A DNA stretch of 64,000 nt from Microcoleus sp. (GCA_042408215.1 JAYFMW010000010.1:1-64000); one strand, 5' to 3'; positions 10,485-21,334 are shown, counted from the stretch's first letter. Program-made: numbers and translations. Notes: a model not told the origin generated them from the letters alone.

Positions 10485-10997
10485 GTGAAAAATACTAAAA
10501 AAGTCAGTGAAGAGTCCCAGATTCCAGCACAGCCAGCCCCTGAGAAGTTACCCGAAGCTAAGCCAGACGGCTTGAAGAAAGGCTGGTTGAAAAAACTCAG
10601 AGGCGGATTGCTTCTAGTAATTGGATATTTGCTATCACCGCTGTGTTGGTGGAACGATTTATTTTTCAATCTGCCCATTGCTTATGCCTTTGGGTATATC
10701 TGTAGCTTGCTTTCCCCAGATTTACTGTTTCCTTGCTCCCTTGTCGGCTACTGGCTTTCCAATATAGCTGGAATGCTGTTGATGCAGCTAGGGAGTGTAG
10801 AGGTTTTTACAGACAAAGCCAAGGAAAAAAACCTCAAAAAAGAGTTATTTACGGGTTTAGTCTCATCAACCGCCTTCACTCTTGTGATTGTGGCATTGAT
10901 TCATTTTAATGTTCTCGATACTCCCGACCTATTTTCCAGCAAGGAGTCGATTAACCTGAGCTCTGTTTTACCTATGATGCTCGTCACTCCCAGGTAA
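10485..10997 (+). CDS. Hypothetical membrane protein
   Basis: 170-aa ORF with TM segments and a GYLLSPLCWWNDL motif. Confidence 0.8.
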   Translation: MKNTKKVSEESQIPAQPAPEKLPEAKPDGLKKGWLKKLRGGLLLVIGYLLSPLCWWNDLFFNLPIAYAFGYICSLLSPDLLFPCSLVGYWLSNIAGMLLMQLGSVEVFTDKAKEKNLKKELFTGLVSSTAFTLVIVALIHFNVLDTPDLFSSKESINLSSVLPMMLVTPR

Positions 10998-11324
10998 AAG
11001 GTAGAAGGCAGAATATAAACCCCATAAATCAATCGAGGGGTTTTTCAACCAGTAACACAGGTATATAATAAAATCAGGGAGCTTTTACACTGTAAATTAA
11101 CGACGGTGAATTGATCGAAAAATATCTATTTGCAGTTGCTTAAATTGACCTAGATTATTATAGCGGTAAACCTTGAATAATGCAAGCGTTCACAAGCATA
11201 ATATCTGGCAGCAAAAGATTGAAATGCAAGTTACATCTTGCCTGTGTTGCTGTGTTTTAGCATCCACCAAAATTATCGATTGGTTGGTTTTCTACGCTTA
11301 AATACACAGTTTTTGGGCATAACC

Positions 11325-12122
11325 GTGAACTACTTATTACTATCGTTTCTCAGCTTTTTCGTGGGAATTATCGTAGGTTTAACGGGAGTAGGAGGAGCGT
11401 CACTCATTACCCCCATGTTAATTTTTTTCTTTCAAGTTCCGGCATCAATTGCTGTTAGTTCTGATGTCGTAGCTGCCACATTGATGAAAGTTGTTGGCGG
11501 CTTCAAACACTGGCAACAGCAAACCCTTGACTTGCAAGTAGTTAAGTGGTTGGCTTTGGGGAGCGTACCCGGTTCCCTGGCTGGGGTGTGGATTTTACAC
11601 TGCATCAAGTACAGCGGACAATCAGAACTTAGATTAGCATATTGCTGCGTTTGATCGGGAGCGGCTATCGCCCTAGTTGTAGTGTTAGCAATAACCCAAT
11701 TATTGCTCAAAATATTTGTCCCGAATTTGAAATTACCACAGCCGCCAGAGTGGGACTTAAATACTAATTCTGGTCGCATTTTTACGGTCAGCGCGGGAGC
11801 AATTTTAGGCGGCATAGTGGGCATCACTAGCGTGTCTTCCGGTTCGATGTTTGCACTGCTGCTGATTGCTTTTTTCCGCCTGGATTCTTCAAAATTGGTG
11901 GGTACAGATATTTCGCAGGCGGCAATTTTGTTGATGTTTACCTCTCTGGGACACCTCAGCCTCGGAACGGTAGACTGGAGTTTGGTATGGCCGATTTGGT
12001 TGGGTTCGGTGCCGGGAGTTTTAGTAGGTGCTAAATTCTGCCAAATTATGCCTCAACGCCCGCTTAAGTTGGTGATTTACGGAATGTTGGCGATGGCGAG
12101 TTGGAAGTTGTATCAAGTCTGA
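11325..12122 (+). pseudogene. Sulfite exporter TauE/SafE family protein, interrupted (probable sequencing error)
   Basis: GLTGVGGA..TP and LVGTD motifs; both halves are in the same frame; TGA at 11652-11654 is explained by three 1-nt insertions at ~11620-11660. Confidence 0.85.
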
Positions 12123-12244
12123 AAAGTCAATCGATTTTAGATTTGAGATTTTATATCAAATCCGGTAGCATCGGAATTAATGTTACCCACAATCAGGGAC
12201 AAGACAGTCGTGTCCCTACAATTAATCGGGGTAGGGACACGGGG

Positions 12245-12928
12245 CTAAGCCGTGTCCTCCTCGATAACAAAGTTGAGTTGAGTTGACTGAACCGCCGATT
12301 TAATCATAGCATCAATCAGGAAAACCCCGAGTGTAAAACCTTTTAATTTTTCTGGTTCCAACGCCGATAAATTTGGCGACAAGGCAACGGTATTGCCAGA
12401 ATCGTTCGGACTAAAAATTGATAGGAATACAAAGACGCTGGCTAGATTTTGTGCTGGCAATATTTGGCGGTCTGTCGCGGTAATTTCATGTCTTTTTGTT
12501 GCTTGTTCTAAAGCTAGCCGATTGGGAGTCAAATCTAAACCTAAATCCATTTCATCTGTCAGGAATTCCTGAGAATCAGAAACGCGGGGCAGCCACGCGA
12601 TCGCCTTCAAGCTTGGGTGGCGGTACAGGGCAGAACCGACAAATGTCTTAATTTCGGGTTTGTTAACGTCCTCAAATACGCTGTAAAAGGCTCCCGCAGC
12701 CCGAATTAGTTCTACGTTCCCGCTCACATCTTTCTGGATGTCTGTAGCTATTTTGTCTAGCTGCTCTTGCAGTTGCGCTTGCATGAATTTGTACTCCCAA
12801 TTGTACGCTACCGAAAAGGCGATCGCAGATAATCCCACACCAGCACAAACTGTTAATCCTACTTGGATGTAGCGGCGATAGCCAAGTAAAGCGCTAATTG
12901 TTGAATTGAATAATTTGTTTACTCTCAT
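12245..12928 (-). pseudogene. Truncated CHASE-domain sensor protein (TM plus partial CHASE, no output domain)
   Basis: TM helix then AIAWLPRV, LGLDL..P.R..ALEQA and GFTLGVF CHASE-like motifs; ORF ends inside a REP-like hairpin. Confidence 0.7.
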
Positions 12929-13044
12929 GTTCTTAGCAAACCTTGAGCTAATTTTTTCTTCTTCAGAATCCCATCCCCTTGAGGGAACGCAGGGTTGTTT
13001 ACTCCTATCCAAATTGCACCAGTTACAATATTTCTGTAGATACC

Positions 13045-13108
13045 GTAGGGTGCGTCGCTATGAATAATCTAAACATCAGCTCGAAATTTTCGCAGCGACG
13101 CACCCTAC
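13045..13108. repeat. GTAG-REP-like inverted repeat pair
   Basis: GTAGGGTGCGTCGCT ... AGCGACGCACCCTAC. Confidence 0.85.
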
Positions 13109-13304
13109 AAGGGGCGGGGAAAGCCAATAATCCTAGATGATTGCAGACAAGTGAAATAAACCCGCTCCCACTAGGATTTTCTGTCCGCAGCGATTCCTGG
13201 AAAGCAATCTCAAACCTTGATTTCTAGCGATCGGTGCGTAAGTCCTATAAGAGAGTGTTGCAGAAGCTTGCTGATAGTATTTTGAGTAAGATGCAACTGT
13301 GGAT

Positions 13305-14336
13305 TTAGCTTGAATAAGCAGGAAAAGTCATCGCCTGTTTGGGTTTGACGTAAACAATTTGATCTTGGACTAGCTTTAGTTGATCGAAGATATCGCGGCT
13401 CACATAAGCTGTCACCATCTCACCCGATTCCAACAGCAACTCGGTTTGAATTTCGCGTCCCAGATGAATGATGCGGCGGACTTTTGCCTCGGCAAAACCC
13501 GACTCCGGCTTAGTTTTAATTAGCACGTCGTGAGGACGCAAAAACACTACTTGAGAATGAGCCGCTCCATTGTTAGAGAGTTCTTCAGCATTTCTGTGGA
13601 AAAGACCGATCGCATTCGGCAGCACGTTGACGGGCCCGATAAAACTCATCACAAAAGCCGTTGCCGGTTTGTCGTAAATTTGAGCAGGAGTGCCAACTTG
13701 TTCGACTCTACCTTTGTTCATCACCACAATTTCATCGGCTACTTCCATTGCTTCTTCTTGATCGTGAGTCACAAAAACTGTGGTGATATTCACTTCCTTG
13801 TGAAGGTTGTGCAGCCACGATCGCAATTCTTTGCGGACTTTAGCATCCAATGCTCCGAAAGGTTCATCTAGTAGCAGCACTTTCGGCTGAACTGCTAGAG
13901 CTCTGGCTAAGGCCACCCGCTGCCGCTGGCCTCCAGAAAGCTGGGAAGGGTAGCGATCGCCCAAACCCCCCAACTGCACCAAATCCAAAAGTTCCTCAAC
14001 CCGGCGGCTAATTGAGGCTTTAGGAAGTTTGCGAATTTCCATTGCAAAAGCAATATTTTTTCGGATCGTCATGTGCTTGAACAAAGCGTAATGCTGAAAC
14101 ACAAAACCGATATTCCGTTCCTGCACAGACTGCTGAGTAGCATCTTCGCCGATCAAGTAAATGTGACCGCTGTCTGGGGGCTCAAGTCCCGCAATCATCC
14201 TCAGCAAAGTTGATTTCCCGGACCCCGAAGGGCCCAACAGTGCGACTAGAGAGCCGTTTTTAATTTCCAAACTCACGCTGTCAATGGCGTGAAACGAGCC
14301 AAAGTGTTTCGATACGTTCTGAATTGTAATGCTCAT
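13305..14336 (-). CDS. cysA: Sulfate/thiosulfate ABC transporter ATP-binding protein
   Basis: [29 protein letters not shown] and [18 protein letters not shown] motifs; TOBE-like tail. Confidence 0.95.
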   Translation of the reverse strand: MSITIQNVSKHFGSFHAIDSVSLEIKNGSLVALLGPSGSGKSTLLRMIAGLEPPDSGHIYLIGEDATQQSVQERNIGFVFQHYALFKHMTIRKNIAFAMEIRKLPKASISRRVEELLDLVQLGGLGDRYPSQLSGGQRQRVALARALAVQPKVLLLDEPFGALDAKVRKELRSWLHNLHKEVNITTVFVTHDQEEAMEVADEIVVMNKGRVEQVGTPAQIYDKPATAFVMSFIGPVNVLPNAIGLFHRNAEELSNNGAAHSQVVFLRPHDVLIKTKPESGFAEAKVRRIIHLGREIQTELLLESGEMVTAYVSRDIFDQLKLVQDQIVYVKPKQAMTFPAYSS

Positions 14337-14593
14337 AGCTTATAACTCCTGTTTCTTGACCGAGTTTATGTACTATACAGTAAATGCTCTTGTCTGTCAT
14401 ACTCATAACCTTTTTTTTGGGAATTGACATCTAGGCTAACCCCTGTTAGTGTATCTAGTTACAGTAGTATATGGTAAAATCTATCTCTTGTTCGGAGAAA
14501 TTCCTGAGTCTAGATCTGTAACTGCCAGGAATATATAGCAACCTTCTCGGCGGTTAGGACGTTCTTAATTGCTGAAACCATTGCCCGGAATTG

Positions 14594-14738
14594 CTTCTTC
14601 CATCGGACTTCTTCCGACTTCCATCGGACTTCTTCCGACTTCCATCGGACTTCTTCCTTCCCGGCGTTACATCCGTTAAATCCGTTAAATCCGTTACAGA
14701 ATCCGTTGCCGAACTTCCTTCTGCCTTCTTCCTTCTGC
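14594..14738. repeat. Composite repeat: 21-bp CTTCCATCGGACTTCTTCCGA x3 plus ATCCGTTAA nonamers
   Basis: Tandem units; 39 bp identical to sequence inside the NFACT gene at ~53212-53250. Confidence 0.85.
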
Positions 14739-14788
14739 TATACTCCACTGCTGGTGCTGCCCAACTCTAATTTATGGAATAATTCGCT

Positions 14789-15374
14789 ATGACTGTTGCT
14801 CAATTTTCCTCTGGGCACTTTTCTGATCTGAGAAAATATCAGTTTTCCCGGCGGGATCAGTTGCCCCAACAAACAAAATGCTCTTTGGCAAATTGAAACT
14901 GGGGTAGTACGAACTATGACGTGGCCAGAAGATGCCACAATCGTCACTTTGGGTTTGTGGGGGCCTGGAGATGTGGTGGGCAAACCGCTCTCAAAATGCG
15001 ATCCTTATCAAATTGAATGTCTTACGAAAGTCGAGGCAACTCTATTATCACTCGATGGCGGGCTAAATAGAGAGGTTCTACTGTATCACCTTCAGCAGGC
15101 TGAAGATTTGACCATAATTCGAGCTGGCAAAAGAGTTGACTCAATGCTTTATCAACTATTGACTTGGTTGGCTAAAAAGTTTGGTTCTGAAGTAAAGCAA
15201 GGACATCTAATCGATCTGGGTTTAACTCATCAGGACATTGCCGAAATGCTCGGTATAACTCGCGTAACTGTAACTCGCACCCTCGGCATTTTTGAGCAGC
15301 AAGGTGTAATTCAGCGTCTGTCGATTCATCGGATTATTTTGCAAGATTCAGAGGTGTGGCACTACGAAATTTGA
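14789..15374 (+). CDS. cysR: Crp/Fnr-family regulator, CysR-like, with a +1 frameshift near 14870
   Basis: MTVAQF..QFSRRDQLP joins QNALWQIETGVVRT in the +1 frame; HTH LTHQDIAEMLGITRVTVTR; divergent from cysA. Confidence 0.75.
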
Positions 15375-15412
15375 AAAGATGAGGAGTTACGAATTTAATC
15401 GGAACGGCAGAA

Positions 15413-16768
15413 ATGAATTTTTACTTAGGAATAGATTTCGGGACAACCGGGGCGCGATCGACTGTGATTGATGCCGCTGGTACAATATATAGTGAGACAG
15501 AATATACTTTTGATAGCGATCGCGCGATTCCAGAGCAGCAACAGGCCCAATTGCCCAAAGCGTGGGAGAGTGCGCTGTTTGGTTTAATTGAGCAAATTCC
15601 CCCAGACATTCGCTCTTTTGTGAGATCGATCGCCATTGATGGCACTTCCTCAACTGTGCTGCTGTGCGATACCGAGGGTAATCCAGTTTCGGAGCCGATT
15701 TTATACAATGATCCACGCGGCGCGCTGGTGATGGATCGCGTCAGGGCGATCGCGCCTCCCAACCACGCAGTATTAAGCGCTACATCGAGTTTGGCAAAAC
15801 TGCTGTGGTGGTTGGAGGGCGGGAACGGGAGGGGCGGGCACGGGGGCACCGCCCCTACGGTTTTTTTGCACCAAGCGGATTGGTTGGCGTTTCTATTGCA
15901 CGGGAAATTGGGGATTAGCGACTATCACAATGCTTTGAAATTGGGTTATGACGTTGCTAATCTGTGCTATCCGAGTTGGCTGACAGAGGGAATTGCTGGC
16001 GTTGCGAGTGCGATCGCGCCCCTGTTGCCGCAAGTTGTCGCACCGGGAACTCCTGTAGGTGAAGTGAGAGCCCAAATGTGCGATCGCTTTGGTTTTCCCC
16101 GCGATTGTATCGTTTGTGCTGGTACAACCGATAGCATCGCAGCATTTCTAGCAAGCGGTGTCAATTCTCCGGGGGAAGCAGTAACATCTCTCGGCTCTAC
16201 ACTAGCAGTCAAACTGTTAAGTCATACCCGCGTAGATGATTCCAGATACGGGATTTACAGTCATCGTTTCACCCCCCTTTTTGAAGGGGCGACTGGGGGG
16301 GATCTGTGGTTAGTTGGAGGTGCTTCTAATACGGGAGGTGCAGTGCTGCGGCATTTTTTTACTGATGCTGAATTGGAGAGTTTGAGCCAACAAATTGATG
16401 CAGAGCAAGAGAGTTTGCTGGATTATTATCCATTGTTAAAAAAAGGCGATCGCTTCCCGATTAATGACTCAGAATTGCCCCCAAGAATCGAACCGCGTCC
16501 AACGGATTCAGGAGAATTTCTGCACGGTTTGCTGTCAAGTATCGCCCGGATTGAAGCGCGGGGATATCAATTATTGCAAGAGTTGGGTGCCACTCCTTTG
16601 ACAAAGGTTTACACGGCTGGTGGCGGGGCAAAAAATGCGGTTTGGAGTGCTATTCGTCAGCGTTATTTGAAAGTGCCTGTGGTGACGCCTGTTCATACAG
16701 CGGCGGCTTATGGGAGTGCGTTATTGGCGAAGCATGGAAGTCAATCAATTTTAGATTTTAGATTTTAG
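15413..16768 (+). CDS. FGGY-family carbohydrate kinase (xylulose/ribulose kinase-like)
   Basis: LGIDFGTTGAR, GTTDSIAAF, SLGSTL and AGGGAKN motifs. Confidence 0.92.
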   Translation: MNFYLGIDFGTTGARSTVIDAAGTIYSETEYTFDSDRAIPEQQQAQLPKAWESALFGLIEQIPPDIRSFVRSIAIDGTSSTVLLCDTEGNPVSEPILYNDPRGALVMDRVRAIAPPNHAVLSATSSLAKLLWWLEGGNGRGGHGGTAPTVFLHQADWLAFLLHGKLGISDYHNALKLGYDVANLCYPSWLTEGIAGVASAIAPLLPQVVAPGTPVGEVRAQMCDRFGFPRDCIVCAGTTDSIAAFLASGVNSPGEAVTSLGSTLAVKLLSHTRVDDSRYGIYSHRFTPLFEGATGGDLWLVGGASNTGGAVLRHFFTDAELESLSQQIDAEQESLLDYYPLLKKGDRFPINDSELPPRIEPRPTDSGEFLHGLLSSIARIEARGYQLLQELGATPLTKVYTAGGGAKNAVWSAIRQRYLKVPVVTPVHTAAAYGSALLAKHGSQSILDFRF

Positions 16769-16947
16769 ATTAGAGGATTGAAGAAAGCAATTTTACGGAT
16801 AAATCGAGGGACTTGTAACCTGGATGCTTTTAATCAGGTTTAAAGGTGGTTAATTTGAAGTGCGATCGCTCTTGATTACAGATGAAATGGGAGCGGTCAA
16901 ACATTCTGAGGTATTATGTAAATTGCGATCCCTAAAAATCAAGGACA

Positions 16948-17292
16948 ATGGTAAAGCTACCTGATGACATCCTCAGCACAATTTTCACCTTGCAGCGACG
17001 GCTAGTGGAACTCCTCAACGAGACAACCGCCACAGAATACATTTTAATGCAGCGGTTTGGCGAGACAGAAGCGACACTCCCCGAACTAGAATCCCTCGAT
17101 CATGTTAAGGAAAGGTTGAGAACCTCTTACAATCGTTTGTACAGGCTTTTGCAGCAGGTGACAGAATCTCAACCCGCTGCGACTGCGGATACGTTAAACT
17201 TGCTGTATAGAACGATAGAAGACGGAGAGGCAATTGTCGATGCCTCAGCAGCAAGCATTCAAGAAATCAAAATGGATTGGAACCTACTATGA
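16948..17292 (+). CDS. Hypothetical helical protein
   Basis: 114 aa, AGGA RBS, stop overlaps next start (ATGA). Confidence 0.8.
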   Translation: MVKLPDDILSTIFTLQRRLVELLNETTATEYILMQRFGETEATLPELESLDHVKERLRTSYNRLYRLLQQVTESQPAATADTLNLLYRTIEDGEAIVDASAASIQEIKMDWNLL

Positions 17293-17489
17293 ATCAACAA
17301 CCCAGAATCCCCGACGCTGAAACCAGAAAGCGACACGTTGAAAAGATGCGTGAAGTCTGCCGACAGCTTGACGCTTTCAATCTGAAGTTAGATGAAGCGA
17401 TCGCCATATTTGAAGCTGACAACCGCCGCCAACGTCGAGAACGTTTAGCGGGTAAATATAGGCCTGTGGAATCTCAGGTCGTGGAATAA
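17289..17489 (+). CDS. Small hypothetical protein, translationally coupled
   Basis: ATG at 17289 overlaps upstream TGA; 66 aa, charged. Confidence 0.7.
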   Translation: MNQQPRIPDAETRKRHVEKMREVCRQLDAFNLKLDEAIAIFEADNRRQRRERLAGKYRPVESQVVE

Positions 17490-17611
17490 GAGTGGTTGAT
17501 AATTAGAGGGGCGATTCCCTAGGGGATAGCTGCGCTTCACGCTCTTTTTTGACACATGGGATATCAAGGGCGATCGCGCATCCAGAAAATAGCTTTCTGG
17601 TTAGATAATTT

Positions 17612-17836
17612 TCAAGCTAGCATTCGGGCGTGAGCAATTTCTCTGTCACCTATGAGACGGACTTGTGAACTAAAGAGTGAGATAATAGCTACTGTCTTGC
17701 CCGTCAAGGTAACAAATTCAACTTCATATCCTACGCCACCTTGATGTACTAAAACAACAGTGCCAATATCGCCTTGGCTTAAGTTTTTTTCTGGGATATC
17801 AGTTGTTAAAACAACGCTGTCAAGTTCTTGAATCAT
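17612..17836 (-). CDS. DUF4926 family protein
   Basis: ELDSVVL..D.P..L..GD.GTVV.V..YEVEF..G.T pattern. Confidence 0.88.
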   Translation of the reverse strand: MIQELDSVVLTTDIPEKNLSQGDIGTVVLVHQGGVGYEVEFVTLTGKTVAIISLFSSQVRLIGDREIAHARMLA

Positions 17837-17844
17837 TTTTTTTC

Positions 17845-17920
17845 AGTCCGCGCAGGCGGACTTTGGTTGTGTAGTAGCGGTTTTAACCGCCGAATATAAA
17901 AGGGGTTTTGAACGCCGATT
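17845..17920. repeat. AGTCCGCGxAGGCGGACT / GGCGGTTxAAACCGC repeat family
   Basis: Hairpins shared with 34498-34720 and 51483-51677. Confidence 0.8.
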
Positions 17921-17932
17921 TAGTATTACAAA

Positions 17933-20328
17933 CTACTCCAACCGCTGCAACTTAGCAGTCCTCGGATCGATAATTTTTCTACCCAAACCCGAAAAATTAA
18001 TTGCCAGATTAACTTTCTCTCCCGCCCCCAAAACATGAGTAACTTCTCCAAGTCCAAAAGCAGGATGAAGAACTCTATCCCCCGCTTTCCAATCCAGAAA
18101 TTGTAGATTTTTTCCCTGTTGAGAAAGCCGGGAATTAGACGCTGAAATATTTTTGGGTACTGGTGAAGCAGCCGTTTTCCCAGCCTGAGTTTTCCTGGCA
18201 CTTCCTGCGATCAACTCTTTCGGCAATTCCCCTAAAAATAGCGAAGGCTTACATTGTTCGCGAAAACCTCCCCACAAACGACGTTCGCGAGTGTGAGTCA
18301 GAAATAGCATTTCCTGAGCGCGAGTGATGCCAACATAGCACAAACGCCGCTCTTCTTCTATGGCTCTGGGGTCATCTAAAGTGCGAAAATTTGGAAATAA
18401 ACCCTGTTCCATTCCGACTAAAAATACTACGGGAAATTCTAAGCCTTTCGCAGAGTGCAGCGTCATCAGCGACACGCGAGAATCTCCTTCTTGCAAGTCA
18501 TCTAAATCCGATGCTAAAGATGCTTTTGACAAAAATGCTGTCAGGGTTGGTTCTTCGTTTTCTTCTTCAAATTGTAGCACGGCATTGTACAATTCTCGGA
18601 CGTTTTCAATGCGATTTTGGGCTTCATCTGTTCCTTGGTTTGTCAAGTCTTCAATGTAACCAGAATCTTTGATAATTCCTTGGATAATTTGGGAAGCTGG
18701 CAGGGTTTCTAGTTGTTTTTGCCAATGGCTAATCATTGCGGCAAATTTAATCACAGGTTTTGCCGATCGCCCTGCGATCGTATTGACAGAAGACTCATCG
18801 CTGAGGATTTCCCACAGGGGAATCCCTAATTGACTTGCAGCGTCTTCGACTTTAGCAAATGTGGTATCGCCAATGCCGCGGCGGGGAGTATTAATGATGC
18901 GTTTGAGACTAACGCTGTCGTCGGGGTTGGCAAGCGTCCGCAAGTATGCTAAGATATCTTTGATTTCTTTGCGATCGTAAAATTTCAGACCTCCGACAAT
19001 ATTGTAAGGAATATCAAAGCGCATTAACGCTTCTTCAAAGGAGCGAGATTGAGCGTTGGTGCGGTAGAGAATCGCAAAATTACTCCCCTCTTCAAATTCC
19101 GAATTCTGTCGCTTCAATGTGTGAATTTGACCAGCTACAAATTCTGCTTCCTCTAATTCGTTGTCAGCGCGCCAGATCACAATCGGAGCTCCCGGTTCGC
19201 GAGTGGCACGCAGCACTTTATCGATGCGTTCGGTATTGTTTTTAATTAAGTGGTTGGCGACTTCCAGGATGTTCGATCGCGATCGATAGTTCTCTTCTAA
19301 TTTTACCATTGTCCGGGTTTTTTCATCAGACAAACCATCCCCGAATTCTTCTTGAAATTCCAACAATATGGTATAATCTGCCATGCGAAAACTATAAATC
19401 GACTGATCGACATCACCGACTATAAAAATAGAGCGATTTTGCCATTTGTCAAAGTTTTTGGGCTCTGCACCGTTTGTAACCAAAAGCCGAATTAAATCGG
19501 ATTGAGTGCGGTTGGTATCTTGGTATTCGTCAACTAAAATATGACGAAACTTTTTATGCCAATAATTTAATACTTGCTCGTTTTGCCGCAAACAGTTCGC
19601 ACAGGAACTCGGATTAAATCGTCAAAATCCAGGGCATTGTTTGCTGCTAAAGCGTCTTGGTAGCGGCTGTAAACATCGGCAATCACGCGACCTTTGTAGT
19701 CGGGTTCTGCTAACTGGTATTCTTGAGGCGACCAACCTTTATTTTTAGCATTGCTGATGATGTAGCGGACTTTTCGCGGGTCAAATCTCTTGTCGTCGAG
19801 GTTGAGAGTTTTGGTGACAATTTGTTTGACAAGAGTTTGAGCGTCTGATTCGTCAAAAATCGAAAAGTTGCGTTTCCATTGGCGACCTTTTTCGTCTTGA
19901 TATTTCTCAATGTCGTAGCGGAGGATGCGACTGCACAGAGAGTGAAAAGTTCCCATCCAAATGTGTTTGGTAATGGTATGATAAATGTGCGATCGCAATT
20001 TCGTTTGTACATCCGGTGCCAACTCTACCAAAGCTTTACCGTATTCCGCTTCAGCTTGTTGATTTGCCAACAATTTCTCAATTCTGTCTTTCATCTCTCT
20101 GGCGGCTTTATTCGTAAATGTCACCGCCAGAATATTTTCCGGATCAACTCGATTGGTGCGAATTAAATTAGCAACTCGGTAAGTAAGAGCTCGCGTTTTG
20201 CCGGAACCGGCCCCGGCTACTACTAACAGTGGCCCGTTATAATGTGAAACTGCTTGGCGTTGAGATGGGTTGAGATTACTGAGAAAGCTTGTGGTGAGCT
20301 TGTCGAATCCATCGGTAGTTTGAGTCAT
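17933..20328 (-). CDS. pcrA: ATP-dependent DNA helicase PcrA/UvrD, split by a frameshift at ~19590-19605 (probable sequencing error)
   Basis: AGAGSGKT, TFTNKAA, LVDEYQDTN, GDVDQSIY, LHSAKGLEF and EERRLCYVGITRA motifs across two ORFs. Confidence 0.93.
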
Positions 20329-20441
20329 AGCTAAAAACCTTGTGGTGAGCTTGTCGAATCCATCAGTTTAATTGTTTAAATGGAGGATGATACTTGGGCG
20401 TGGAATATCAGAATTTTTTTAAGGGTAAGGTTCGCAGTGTG

Positions 20442-20600
20442 TTGGTGTCAAATTAAAACTTAAGCCCTCTGTTTCTCTCGTTTGTATCGAAGTCTCGATC
20501 CCCCTAAATCCCCCTTAAGAAGGGGGACTTTGAACGCTCTTGTCCCACACCCCCTACTCGCCTACTCCCCTTTTTTAAGGGGGGCTAGGGGGATCGAGAG
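20442..20600. mobile_element. MITE family B remnant (TTGGTGTCAA end, CCCCCTTAAxAAGGGGG hairpins)
   Basis: Shares end and TGTATCGAAGTCTCGATCCCCC segment with 43072-43140; internal part resembles 46665-46782. Confidence 0.75.
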
Positions 20601-20700
20601 AATTGTGACTCAGACAGAAGACCCATACTACCTTGAACCTGGTTGTTGAAATCAATGGTGCGCGGTACGCACCCTACAGTATAACTAGAACTTAATTTTT

Positions 20701-21084
20701 TTAACTTTTAAACATCCGTTTCAGCCAAATTACAGCTAATATTCCCAATCCCAACCAGATTGTCACAATTACAGCAGCAGCCGCTCGACTTGTAGGTTTA
20801 GTTTGCTCTTTTTCGGTGGCGGCTTTTTCTCGACATTCGCCTAAAACCTCTGGCGGAATTATTTTGATTACTAGCCAAATTCCCAAAGGTACAATGACTA
20901 AATCGTCCAAGTAGCCGAGAATTGGTATGAAATCGGGAATTAAGTCGATCGGGCTGAAGGCATAGGCAACGGTAACACCAGCTAACATTCTCGCATACCA
21001 AGGTACTCTGGGGTCAATACTGGCTAAATAAATAGCGTAAGTTTCTTTTTTGAGTTTCCTAGCAAGTTGTTTTAACGATTGCAT
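20701..21084 (-). CDS. DUF1232/YkvA family membrane protein
   Basis: [21 protein letters not shown] signature. Confidence 0.93.
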   Translation of the reverse strand: MQSLKQLARKLKKETYAIYLASIDPRVPWYARMLAGVTVAYAFSPIDLIPDFIPILGYLDDLVIVPLGIWLVIKIIPPEVLGECREKAATEKEQTKPTSRAAAAVIVTIWLGLGILAVIWLKRMFKS

Positions 21085-21103
21085 ATATTAATGGCTCTAC
21101 GCT

Positions 21104-21240
21104 CAATTCCCAATTCCCAATTCCCAATTCCCCATTCCCCATTCCCAATTCCCCATTCCCAATTCCCAATTCCCCATTCCCAATTCCCCATTCCCAATTC
21201 CCCATTCCCAATTCCCCATTCCCCATTCCCCATTCCCAAT
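21104..21240. repeat. Heptamer STRR tract (CCCAATT/CCCCATT)
   Basis: About 20 tandem 6-8 nt units. Confidence 0.92.
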
Positions 21241-21334
21241 TTAAGTTGCTAAAAGTGTAACCGTGGGGAGATCTGAAAATTTCTGTTGCAACATAAGATT
21301 ATACCATCTCTTGTATATGAGGAGAATCCAGTTT

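Noticed and set aside
11652..11654. Selenocysteine or readthrough TGA in tauE
   Set aside because: The residues before the TGA are out of frame relative to the expected protein, which three insertions explain.
19567..19610. Programmed frameshift in pcrA
   Set aside because: No slippery heptamer; two separate insertions explain it better.
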